Assembly: GCA_016214605.1 (NCBI GenBank)
Contig: JACROD010000017.1
Location: 1,183-65,182, forward strand
Origin: Candidatus Kaiserbacteria bacterium
GTDB lineage: Bacteria > Patescibacteriota > Minisyncoccia > Phycocordibacterales > UBA2100
Reading direction: 5' to 3'
Length of the DNA: 64,000 nucleotides
Position numbers and translations under genes: made by a program. The notes under the pieces are model-generated. The model was not told the origin of the DNA and searched no databases. It was given only the letters and a program-made list of their open reading frames with translations. Position 1 is the stretch's first letter; each line of letters starts with the position of its first letter. Below are positions 1-9,681 of the stretch, piece by piece.

Positions 1-537
1 GTCGCGCTCTTTGCCGTGGTCATGGTCGTTTCGGCGGGCGCACTTCTTTCTCTCGCGAGCGCCAATCGCAAGGCGCAGGCCCTGCAGTCCGTCATGAACA
101 ATCTCAATACCACGCTCGACAGCATGGTGCGCGCCATGCGAGAAGGATACACTTACGATTGTGAGCCGGCTGTGGCTGGTGTGGTTCCCGGGAAAGTGCA
201 TGACTGTATGAATGGAGACACACAGATCGCTTTTGAACCGCGTGGTGGCAATGCCGCCACGCAAGATCAACATGCGTATGCGTTTATCGCACCCAATGGA
301 GCACAAGCCGGCTACATCCAAAGATCCGAAGATGGTGGCGTGACATGGTCGCGTGTCACGGCTCCCGAAATATCCATTGTCGATATGAAGTTTTATGTGA
401 TAGGCACGACACCCGGCGACACCGTTCAGCCCAAGATAGTGATCGAGGTCAAGGGTGTAGCAGGGGGAGGCCAATCAAAGATCACATCGACCTTTCATAT
501 CCAAGCGACAGCCGTCCAACGCATTCTTGATATATGA
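1..537 (+). CDS. Type IV pilin-like (pseudopilin) protein, 5' end truncated by the window edge
   Basis: The reading frame is open from base 1. The first residues (VALFAVVMVVSAGALLSLASANRKAQAL) form the hydrophobic N-terminal helix typical of prepilins. It is followed by two more pilin-like genes. There is no recognisable catalytic domain. Confidence 0.35.
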   Translation, partial: VALFAVVMVVSAGALLSLASANRKAQALQSVMNNLNTTLDSMVRAMREGYTYDCEPAVAGVVPGKVHDCMNGDTQIAFEPRGGNAATQDQHAYAFIAPNGAQAGYIQRSEDGGVTWSRVTAPEISIVDMKFYVIGTTPGDTVQPKIVIEVKGVAGGGQSKITSTFHIQATAVQRILDI

Positions 538-1145
538 TGAACACACAACATACAAAAAACAGACAGCAAAAAGCAGGAAATACCAGAAGGTCCAATTCTA
601 CCCCTTCCCGCCAAGGTTTCACTCTAGTGGAGACTTTGATCGCGATCACTCTCTTGATGCTTGCCGTAGTCGAGCCGATGGCGCTCACGGCGCAGGCCCT
701 CAAGTCTGCGTACTATTCACGCGATCAGATCACTGCTTCCAATCTCGCACAGGAAGCTATCGAGACGGTGCGCAGTGTGCGTGATTCGCAGATACTTCAG
801 ATCGCGCTGAACCCTGCCGTTTCGGTGGATATTTTCGGACCGATCCCTGTCGACCAGGACTTTACGATCAGCACGACGGACAACACCATGACGGTCTGTA
901 ACGGTACATGTCCACCTCTACAGACCAACGGCACATTGTATGCTTATAGTGCCGGATGGACCAATACAGGATTCACGCGCACAGTACATGCCTGTTATGT
1001 TCAGCGGGTCGCTCCGTTCGATTGCAACGCGAATCCTTCCGATGAGATGCGTTTGAAGGTTACGGTCGTATGGCGGACTGCTTCGTATCCTGCCCGCTCG
1101 ATCACCATTTATGAGAACCTTTTCCGATGGGTGAGTAACACCTAA
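534..1145 (+). CDS. Prepilin-type N-terminal cleavage/methylation domain protein (type IV pilin-like)
   Basis: Contains the N-terminal motif GFTLVETLIAITLLML (G-F-T-L-x-E class III signal peptide) after a basic leader. The C-terminal part is Cys-containing and variable. The start overlaps the upstream stop by 4 nt. Confidence 0.6.
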   Translation: MMNTQHTKNRQQKAGNTRRSNSTPSRQGFTLVETLIAITLLMLAVVEPMALTAQALKSAYYSRDQITASNLAQEAIETVRSVRDSQILQIALNPAVSVDIFGPIPVDQDFTISTTDNTMTVCNGTCPPLQTNGTLYAYSAGWTNTGFTRTVHACYVQRVAPFDCNANPSDEMRLKVTVVWRTASYPARSITIYENLFRWVSNT

Positions 1146-1148
1146 TAT

Positions 1149-1721
1149 ATGAGAAAAAAAAGAACACAAGATGAGGTGCAGAAGATCGCAACAGAGCGCA
1201 AACTCTCGCGTCGGCAGGCAGGATTCACCTTGCTTTTGGCAGCGCTTGCGGCATCAATCGCGCTTACGCTCGGTTCATCGATCTTCAGCATTGCGACAAA
1301 AGAGGTACAGCTCTCATCGATCGGGCGAGACTCACAGTTCGCATTTTATGCCGCCGATTCTGCTGCAGAATGTGCACTGTACTGGGATATACGATATTCG
1401 TATTTTAGTACTTCGACCCCGCCTGATCCGCAAAATCAATACACGTGTAATGGCATAGCGTTGAATGCCGCCGGGCGGCCTGCGGCGAATAATCCGACAC
1501 CCTATCCTTATACGATGACATTTCAGATTGAACCAAATGGATATTGTGCAAATGTGTCCGTCCTCAAATGCGACGGACCCATCAGTTCTAATGGCACTTG
1601 CACACATGCGAGTCCCCCCTCGATCCGCACCGTCGTACGTGCCGACGGCTTCAATACGACATGCAATAAAATCTCGACGAGTCGGGATGCGCTCCAACGT
1701 TCCGTCGAACTCAACTTCTAG
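1149..1721 (+). CDS. Pilin-like / pseudopilin protein (degenerate prepilin motif)
   Basis: Has the leader RRQAGFTLLLAALAASIALTL. This carries the G-F-T-L prepilin cleavage motif followed by a hydrophobic helix, but lacks Glu at +5. The C-terminal domain is Cys-rich. It sits in the same tight operon as the two upstream pilin-like genes. Confidence 0.45.
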   Translation: MRKKRTQDEVQKIATERKLSRRQAGFTLLLAALAASIALTLGSSIFSIATKEVQLSSIGRDSQFAFYAADSAAECALYWDIRYSYFSTSTPPDPQNQYTCNGIALNAAGRPAANNPTPYPYTMTFQIEPNGYCANVSVLKCDGPISSNGTCTHASPPSIRTVVRADGFNTTCNKISTSRDALQRSVELNF

Positions 1722-3773
<2,052 letters not shown>

Positions 3774-3843
3774 TAGAGTGTGCTATACTAAACATTAGCT
3801 GAAGACATCCGTCTTCTCGCCAGCCTCTCAAAGGGAGGATTCG

Positions 3844-3981
3844 ATGAAAAAGCGACTGAAGAAATTGGCCTCCAGGGTCAAAGAGGTCGGCGAGAAGATC
3901 GGGGAATGGCTTGTGCCCGAACCCCCCGTTCTTCGTCCGGCTCCGATTTCTAGACGGCCGAATCCGTATAGGTATCGGTAA
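3844..3981 (+). CDS. Small basic hypothetical protein (45 aa)
   Basis: The ORF MKKRLKKLASRVKEVGEKIGEWLVPEPPVLRPAPISRRPNPYRYR is preceded by a strong RBS (AAGGGAGGA) 4 nt upstream of the ATG. No homology is recognised. Confidence 0.25.
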   Translation: MKKRLKKLASRVKEVGEKIGEWLVPEPPVLRPAPISRRPNPYRYR

Positions 3982-4045
3982 ATGCTCTTAAGAGCCCCCA
4001 TCAAACAAAGATGCGGGGCCCTTAGATTTTGTATATAGTAGGGGT

Positions 4046-4348
4046 ATGAGTGACGAAAAGCCCATTATCAATATCCGCGCGCTTGCGGAACTTTCGCGTT
4101 TGGCGGTGTCCGATGAAGAGATCGCCAAGCTCGAGAAAGAGATGCCGAGCATTCTCACTTTTGTCGAGACAATCCAAAAAGCCGACATCTCGTCGGCAGT
4201 CGCCGATACTTCGCTCCGTAATGTCATGCGCGCGGATGAGAATCCTCACGAGACCGGCAAGTACACGGAGGTGCTTTTGAGCGCCGCTCCCGCTCGAGAG
4301 GGAGATCGCATTGCAGTTAAACAAGTCATAACCAGGAAGAACAACTAA
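4046..4348 (+). CDS. gatC: Asp-tRNA(Asn)/Glu-tRNA(Gln) amidotransferase subunit C
   Basis: 100 aa. The N-terminal INIRALAELSRLAVSDEEIAKLEKEM is typical of GatC. It lies immediately upstream of gatA, and its stop is 1 nt before the gatA ATG. Confidence 0.8.
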   Translation: MSDEKPIINIRALAELSRLAVSDEEIAKLEKEMPSILTFVETIQKADISSAVADTSLRNVMRADENPHETGKYTEVLLSAAPAREGDRIAVKQVITRKNN

Positions 4349-4349
4349 T

Positions 4350-5786
4350 ATGGATTTGACGAAACTCACCATCGCAGAAGCTCGCCGCGCACTCGATGCC
4401 AAGGAGTATTCCGCCCTTGACCTCACCAATGCGTACCTCGATGTCATTCGCGTCAAGAATCCCGAGATCCATGCGTATCTCGAGGTGTGGGAAGAATCGG
4501 CGCGTGCAGAGGCAAAGCGTGCCGACGAAATGATCGCTCAAGGTAAGCAGATGCCGCTCACCGGTATTCCTATTGCGATGAAAGACAATATTCTCATCGA
4601 AGGCCGCATTGCGAGCGCAGCATCGAAGATCCTCGAAAACTACCACGCGTCTTACGATGCGACCGTGACCAAAAAGCTGAAAGTGCAGGGTGCAGTATTT
4701 CTCGGACGCGCCAACATGGACGAATTCGCCATGGGCAGCTCCACCGAAAATTCCGCCTTCGGCCCGAGCAAAAATCCTATCGATCTCTCGCGTGTACCGG
4801 GCGGATCATCCGGCGGCTCTTCGGCGGCGGTCGCGGCTTCCATGGCGCTCGCAGCACTCGGCTCCGACACGGGTGGCTCGATCCGCCAGCCGGCTTCGTT
4901 TACCGGGCTCGTCGGCCTCAAGCCGACCTATGGCGCGGTATCGCGATTCGGCCTCATGGCGATGGGTAGCAGTCTCGATCAGATAGGGCCGCTTACGCGC
5001 ACGACAGAAGATGCGAAGATACTTTTTGATGCGATCAAGGGCAATGATCCGCAGGACAGTACCTCACTGCCAGAAACTGGAAGGTCTGACCTTCCAAGCT
5101 TGGAAGGTCAGACCTTCCAGCGACCGAAGCGCATCGGCGTGCCGCGCTCATTCCTCGCCGAGGGTACCGATCCCGATATCCTCAAGCGTTTCGAAGGGCA
5201 GATACAGAAACTTGCCAAACAAGGATATGAGATCGTTGATATTGAAATGTCTCATGTCCCGTATTCGCTCGCGGTATATTACATCGTCATGCCGGCCGAG
5301 GTCTCGACCAATCTCGAGCGTTTCGACGGCATCCGCTACGGACTCTCCGTGCCTGCGGAAGGGATCAAAGAAGTGTACTCGAAGACGCGTGGCGCGGGTT
5401 TTGGCGCTGAGGCGCGGCGCCGCATTCTTCTGGGAACGTTCGTGCTCTCGTCCGGTTATGCCGATGCGTATTATCGCAAGGCGCGCGCCGTGCGCAGCCT
5501 TATCCGCGACGATTTTATGAAGGCTTTCGAGATCGTCGATGCGGTCGCGACCCCGACGTGTCCGGCGCCCGCGTTCAAATTCGGTTCAAAATCAGATCCG
5601 CTTGCCATGTATATCGAGGACATCTTCAGTACCCCCGCCAATCTCGCGGGTGTACCGGCAATATCCGTTCCGATGGGCGCGGTCAATCGCGACGGCGTTG
5701 ATCTGCCGGTAGGGATTCAGATAATCGCACCTCATCGCCGCGAGGACGTACTCTTTGCGATCGGGACAGATATTGAGCGTGCATAG
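4350..5786 (+). CDS. gatA: Asp-tRNA(Asn)/Glu-tRNA(Gln) amidotransferase subunit A (amidase family)
   Basis: 478 aa. Amidase signature GGSSGGSSAAVAA, GIPIAMKDNI, and overall GatA architecture. It contains an internal 42-bp perfect palindrome (see findings). Confidence 0.9.
   Translation: MDLTKLTIAEARRALDAKEYSALDLTNAYLDVIRVKNPEIHAYLEVWEESARAEAKRADEMIAQGKQMPLTGIPIAMKDNILIEGRIASAASKILENYHASYDATVTKKLKVQGAVFLGRANMDEFAMGSSTENSAFGPSKNPIDLSRVPGGSSGGSSAAVAASMALAALGSDTGGSIRQPASFTGLVGLKPTYGAVSRFGLMAMGSSLDQIGPLTRTTEDAKILFDAIKGNDPQDSTSLPETGRSDLPSLEGQTFQRPKRIGVPRSFLAEGTDPDILKRFEGQIQKLAKQGYEIVDIEMSHVPYSLAVYYIVMPAEVSTNLERFDGIRYGLSVPAEGIKEVYSKTRGAGFGAEARRRILLGTFVLSSGYADAYYRKARAVRSLIRDDFMKAFEIVDAVATPTCPAPAFKFGSKSDPLAMYIEDIFSTPANLAGVPAISVPMGAVNRDGVDLPVGIQIIAPHRREDVLFAIGTDIERA
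5078..5119. repeat. Perfect 42-bp palindrome (19-bp arm, AGCT spacer, 19-bp inverted arm) inside the gatA coding sequence
   Basis: tggaaggtctgaccttcca-agct-tggaaggtcagaccttcca. The second arm is the exact reverse complement of the first. Each arm is itself nearly palindromic about its centre. Confidence 0.9.
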
Positions 5787-5827
5787 ATGGTCAACGCACT
5801 GTTTTTGGTAAGGTATAATATATAGTA

Positions 5828-6529
5828 ATGAACGGAACGGATACCGTCTTTGGGTCGTTTGGCGTGATCGCGCAGTTTTTTGCACACGCGACTTTCCAAT
5901 GGCTGCCGGGTTCGATCAGTACCGCTTTTAGTCCCGGCGAGCCGGGGAGCCTCATACCGCCGATAGCGCCGGTCAGTAATCCGGTCGGTTTTGGGGAGAT
6001 GATCGGCTTCCTCAATCAGACATCTCTGGCGAGCACGCAGTATCCTTTGTATCAAAAATGGATCAGCTTCGTTGTGTTTTCGACGCTCGTCTCGCTCTGT
6101 CTCATCGCCTTTATCATCTATTGTTCGATGCGGATCAAGCAGATCAGAGCAAACGAGGAAGAAAAATTCGCCGCCTCAGCGCATACAATCACGTCGCAAG
6201 ACGTGTCGCGTACGCAGATGCGCTGGCACCGGATCACCGAACAGATCCACAGCGACGGCGAACAAAACTGGCGCCTCGCTATTCTCGAAGCGGACATCAT
6301 GCTCGGCGAACTGCTTGATGTACTCGGGTATCGCGGCGAGACGATGGGGGACAAGATGCGCAATGTCGAGCGTGCGGATTTCAATACGATAGACATGGCG
6401 TGGGAGGCACATCGCGCACGCAACAAAGTCGCGCACGAAGGCACGAGTCTCCTCTTGAACGCGCGCGAGGCACGCCGCGTTATCGCACTCTACGAACGGG
6501 TGTTTCGGGAGTTCCAATTCATCGAATAG
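5828..6529 (+). CDS. Membrane-anchored hypothetical protein with a HEPN-like C-terminal domain
   Basis: A predicted TM helix (WISFVVFSTLVSLCLIAFIIY) is followed by a soluble domain ending in AWEAHRARNKVAHEG, which carries an R-x4-H HEPN-type motif. The family assignment is tentative. Confidence 0.4.
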   Translation: MNGTDTVFGSFGVIAQFFAHATFQWLPGSISTAFSPGEPGSLIPPIAPVSNPVGFGEMIGFLNQTSLASTQYPLYQKWISFVVFSTLVSLCLIAFIIYCSMRIKQIRANEEEKFAASAHTITSQDVSRTQMRWHRITEQIHSDGEQNWRLAILEADIMLGELLDVLGYRGETMGDKMRNVERADFNTIDMAWEAHRARNKVAHEGTSLLLNAREARRVIALYERVFREFQFIE

Positions 6530-6595
6530 ATCTGTCAAACAAAGGCTGAAAGATCAGCGCTCGCTTCATGTATCGTTCATTGGTATGGCGTACTA

Positions 6596-7927
6596 TTGAG
6601 CGGCGCTATGGACAACCTTCATGATGATGGATCGCAGGTCATACCTCAGGGAGACCTTAGGCCCCGTCCACAAATAAATTCTACAGTTGTGGACGGTGCA
6701 CAAAGGGCTCTAACCACAAATAACGAGTACGTTATTTGTGGAAGACCCCTTAGGTGGGTCGGGACCGCCTTGATACTCGTGTCGATCATTATGCGTGCGT
6801 TCTCGTATCCGGTCACGACATCCGACTATACGGGTTTTTTGAGCAACTGGTTCGCTGTGCTCGCGATGCATCCCGGCCTCACCGCATTTCAAACCGTCTT
6901 TTCGGACTACACTCCGCTGTATCTCTATTTCTTGAAGGCGCTCACTTTTATTCCCGTATCGAGTCTCTATAGTATCAAGACGCTCACGCTGTGTTTCGAC
7001 ATTGTGATCACGGTCTTCGCCGTCTTGATCGTGCGCGCCGCTCAGAAAGGAGCGAGCATAGGTCAGCTGTATCTCTCCGGAGCGATCATGTTCGCTATCC
7101 CGACGCTTTTGATCAATAGTTCGCTGTGGGGGCAATCTGATGCGGTGTACGCGACAGGATGTATTGTGAGCCTGTACTACATACTCAAAGATCGCCCACT
7201 GCTTGCCGTACTCGCATTTGGATTTGCCGTCAGCGTCAAACTTCAGGCGATATTCTTTCTCCCGGTCCTGATAGGATACTTTATGCGCGCGAACGAAAAG
7301 TCGGAATGGTCGATCGTGCGGCTTGGGTATCTGCTTGTCGTCCCGGCGTTCTTCGTACTCACACTCGTGCCGGCGTGGCTCTCGGGGGGATCATTGTCGG
7401 CGCTCGCATTGACCTATGTGCGCCAGTCGGGGGAATATACTGATCTCAACATGTCTTCGCCGAGCGCGTTTGCGTTTGTACAACAGCATCTGCTCTCCAT
7501 ATCGGCACAAAACATACTCCTCTTCGTCGGGATCGGTGCGGCCGCTTTGTGCGCGCTCGGCATCGTCGCGGTAATGTCTTGGACGTCCGCTTCGACATCC
7601 CGTCGGATGATCATCATGCTCGCGTGCCTGTCCGCGCTCGCCGTGCCTTTTTTCTTGCCGCGAATGCATGAGCGGTACTTCTACCTTGCCGACATGTTCA
7701 GCGTACTCTATGCACTTTCGTATCCGCGCATGTGGTATGTACCCGCATTGATCGTATCGGCGTCACTTCTTTCATATGTGCCGTATTTGTCGGGGCAGGT
7801 CGCGCTGTTCTCAAGTCTACAGATCGATCTGAGAATCCCGGCGACGGTATTAGGATTGACGCTCGCGACCCTTTTCTATCAGCTCTTCGCATCGCAGCGA
7901 AGACAAGCAAAATTGTCGAGTGTATGA
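6596..7927 (+). CDS. GT-C fold integral membrane glycosyltransferase (DUF2029/GT87-like mannosyltransferase family)
   Basis: 443 aa with about 11 predicted TM helices. It has an acidic/aromatic first-loop motif (TSDYTGFLSNWF) typical of polyprenyl-phosphate-sugar dependent GT-C enzymes, and lies next to gtrA. Confidence 0.5.
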   Translation: MSGAMDNLHDDGSQVIPQGDLRPRPQINSTVVDGAQRALTTNNEYVICGRPLRWVGTALILVSIIMRAFSYPVTTSDYTGFLSNWFAVLAMHPGLTAFQTVFSDYTPLYLYFLKALTFIPVSSLYSIKTLTLCFDIVITVFAVLIVRAAQKGASIGQLYLSGAIMFAIPTLLINSSLWGQSDAVYATGCIVSLYYILKDRPLLAVLAFGFAVSVKLQAIFFLPVLIGYFMRANEKSEWSIVRLGYLLVVPAFFVLTLVPAWLSGGSLSALALTYVRQSGEYTDLNMSSPSAFAFVQQHLLSISAQNILLFVGIGAAALCALGIVAVMSWTSASTSRRMIIMLACLSALAVPFFLPRMHERYFYLADMFSVLYALSYPRMWYVPALIVSASLLSYVPYLSGQVALFSSLQIDLRIPATVLGLTLATLFYQLFASQRRQAKLSSV

Positions 7928-8337
7928 CCGATGAACACCGAGAGATGATTCGTCAATTCTTCACTTTTGCGGTCATTGGCGTCGCAAATACAGCCATAGA
8001 CTTCGCGATCTATGGCCTGCTGACGCGCCATGTCGGCGTGTTCGACTACCGCACGCCGGGGCGCTATGTAGCAAACGTCATTTCTTTCGGCATCGCGACC
8101 ACATTCAGTTTCTACTGCAATCGCATCTGGACATTCCGCCGTCGCTATCCTGCGCAGATGACGGAGGTGGCACGTTTCTATACGACGACCGTGAGCGGTT
8201 TGCTGTGGAACACCGCGATCTTGTTTGTTTTGAGCAGTATGGCCGGGATCAACGATCTCATCGCCAAGCTCTGTGCGACATTGTTTAGCATGATCTGGAA
8301 TTTCTTTTTCAAAAAATACTGGGTGTTTGCGAAGTAA
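7924..8337 (+). CDS. gtrA: GtrA family membrane protein (polysaccharide synthesis / flippase-associated)
   Basis: 137 aa, 4 TM helices. Motifs FFTFAVIGVANTAIDFAIYGLL and FYCNRIWTFRR match the GtrA-like family. The start overlaps the upstream stop (ATGA). Confidence 0.7.
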   Translation: MTDEHREMIRQFFTFAVIGVANTAIDFAIYGLLTRHVGVFDYRTPGRYVANVISFGIATTFSFYCNRIWTFRRRYPAQMTEVARFYTTTVSGLLWNTAILFVLSSMAGINDLIAKLCATLFSMIWNFFFKKYWVFAK

Positions 8338-8340
8338 GGA
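8312..8340 (+). repeat. Direct repeat copy 1 (3' end of gtrA including its stop codon)
   Basis: aaaaaatactgggtgtttgcgaagtaagga is repeated with 2-3 mismatches at 8704-8735. Confidence 0.8.
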
Positions 8341-8703
8341 TTATGTACACAAAGTATCTTTCCCTTCTGCTCAAACGCGCCAACGTACCCGTCGTGATCT
8401 TGGATGAATTCGCTCGCAAACTTCGTCTGAATCCTCAAAAATAAAAAAACCCCCGGATACGCCGGGACGTATCAAGGCCCCCCTTCTTGTTTATAAAGAC
8501 ATAATATATCCTGTTTCATTCGTGTCAATGGTTTGGCGTGTTAGTAACGGGATTTCAGGGTATCATCTGCGAGAGCATAGACGAACCTTCGATAGGCAAC
8601 AAGATTTTTAGATGAGTACTTTGTGTGGATGTATAATTATTACCACATGGAAACTTACCAACCAAAAAACCAAGAATATTCTTTCATAAGAAAATCATAT
8701 CGC

Positions 8704-8735
8704 GAAAGATACTGGGTGTTTGCGAAGTAGGGATT
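8704..8735 (+). repeat. Direct repeat copy 2 (duplicate of the gtrA 3' end)
   Basis: gaaagatactgggtgtttgcgaagtagggatt. It flanks a roughly 360-bp low-GC non-coding segment and abuts the HEPN/MNT pair. Confidence 0.8.
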
Positions 8736-9063
8736 ACACCACGATACCGTGCGCGCGGATCTCTTCTATAACGGGAGAGTTGCTTTGTTCCAGGTCCTCA
8801 GGCGAAAGCGGGTACGGTTCGATGCGGATATCCGCAAAGCGCGTCTTTTTCCAAAGAGTCTGCATCTCTTCCACATCGTCATGGCCGAACTGCGGCGACA
8901 CGACGGCAAGATCAATATCACTGCGAGGATTTGCCAGTCCTTTTGCGTATGAACCAAACAGAATCATCTTCTGCACGGGAATGCCGGAGGACTCCACGAC
9001 GCTTCGAAAACGAGCGGCGCTTTGCAGGACGTCTTGATCTATTGTTATTGTGTTTTGAGCCAT
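8734..9063 (-). CDS. Minimal nucleotidyltransferase (MNT) antitoxin, Pol-beta superfamily
   Basis: 109 aa. Motif LFGSYAKGLANPRSDIDLAV (GS...DxD) matches the polymerase-beta type nucleotidyltransferase fold. It overlaps the upstream HEPN gene by 19 nt. Confidence 0.75.
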   Translation of the reverse strand: MAQNTITIDQDVLQSAARFRSVVESSGIPVQKMILFGSYAKGLANPRSDIDLAVVSPQFGHDDVEEMQTLWKKTRFADIRIEPYPLSPEDLEQSNSPVIEEIRAHGIVV

Positions 9064-9431
9064 ACAAGGATATGTTCGGTTTCGCGCAGATAGTTTTCCG
9101 TATATTCCGTGGTCGCCTTCTTGTAAAATTGCGACTTGAATTCATCATAGCGGCCTTTGATGTTGAAGGTGTTGATTTCCGCCAAGCTCTCTTGCATGGT
9201 ATCGGAAAGCTGCAATCCGGCGTCAGACGCCAGGCGTTGCAGGTTGTGATCATAGGCGGCGTTTGCGTTTGTCTTGCGGACAACGAGCGCCTTCAAGAGT
9301 TTCTCAATCGCAAGATGACAGAAAAAGAGTGCGTAGGTATTGCGGTTTGAGGCAAGAAGCATCTGCGCGACCGCGAAGTCCTCACCGCTCTTCTCGCGCC
9401 AGAATTGCTGGATGTGTTCAGTATCAAACAT
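9045..9431 (-). CDS. HEPN domain protein (toxin partner of MNT; HepT-like)
   Basis: 128 aa. HEPN-like helical protein (HLAIEKLLKALV ... NIKGRYDE) in the classic HEPN-MNT two-gene arrangement. Confidence 0.7.
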   Translation of the reverse strand: MFDTEHIQQFWREKSGEDFAVAQMLLASNRNTYALFFCHLAIEKLLKALVVRKTNANAAYDHNLQRLASDAGLQLSDTMQESLAEINTFNIKGRYDEFKSQFYKKATTEYTENYLRETEHILVWLKTQ

Positions 9432-9681
9432 ATAATGTCATACTACCGCGTTTCCATGGATTTATCCATGCCTCCTCGTGTTGCGCCCAGTGTTCACCAA
9501 AAGATCACGAATGCAAACGTGATCTTTTTCTCTTGGTACGAATCAGTGCGAAAAACAAGGCTCGGAATCTTCATGAGATTTGCTCTTGCGCGATTATTTT
9601 TGCCGGGCAAAAATAGTGAAGGTTTTATGAATCGGGATGGAGCGATTCGTCGCGCCGTTCCATAGACAATAAAAAATAAGT

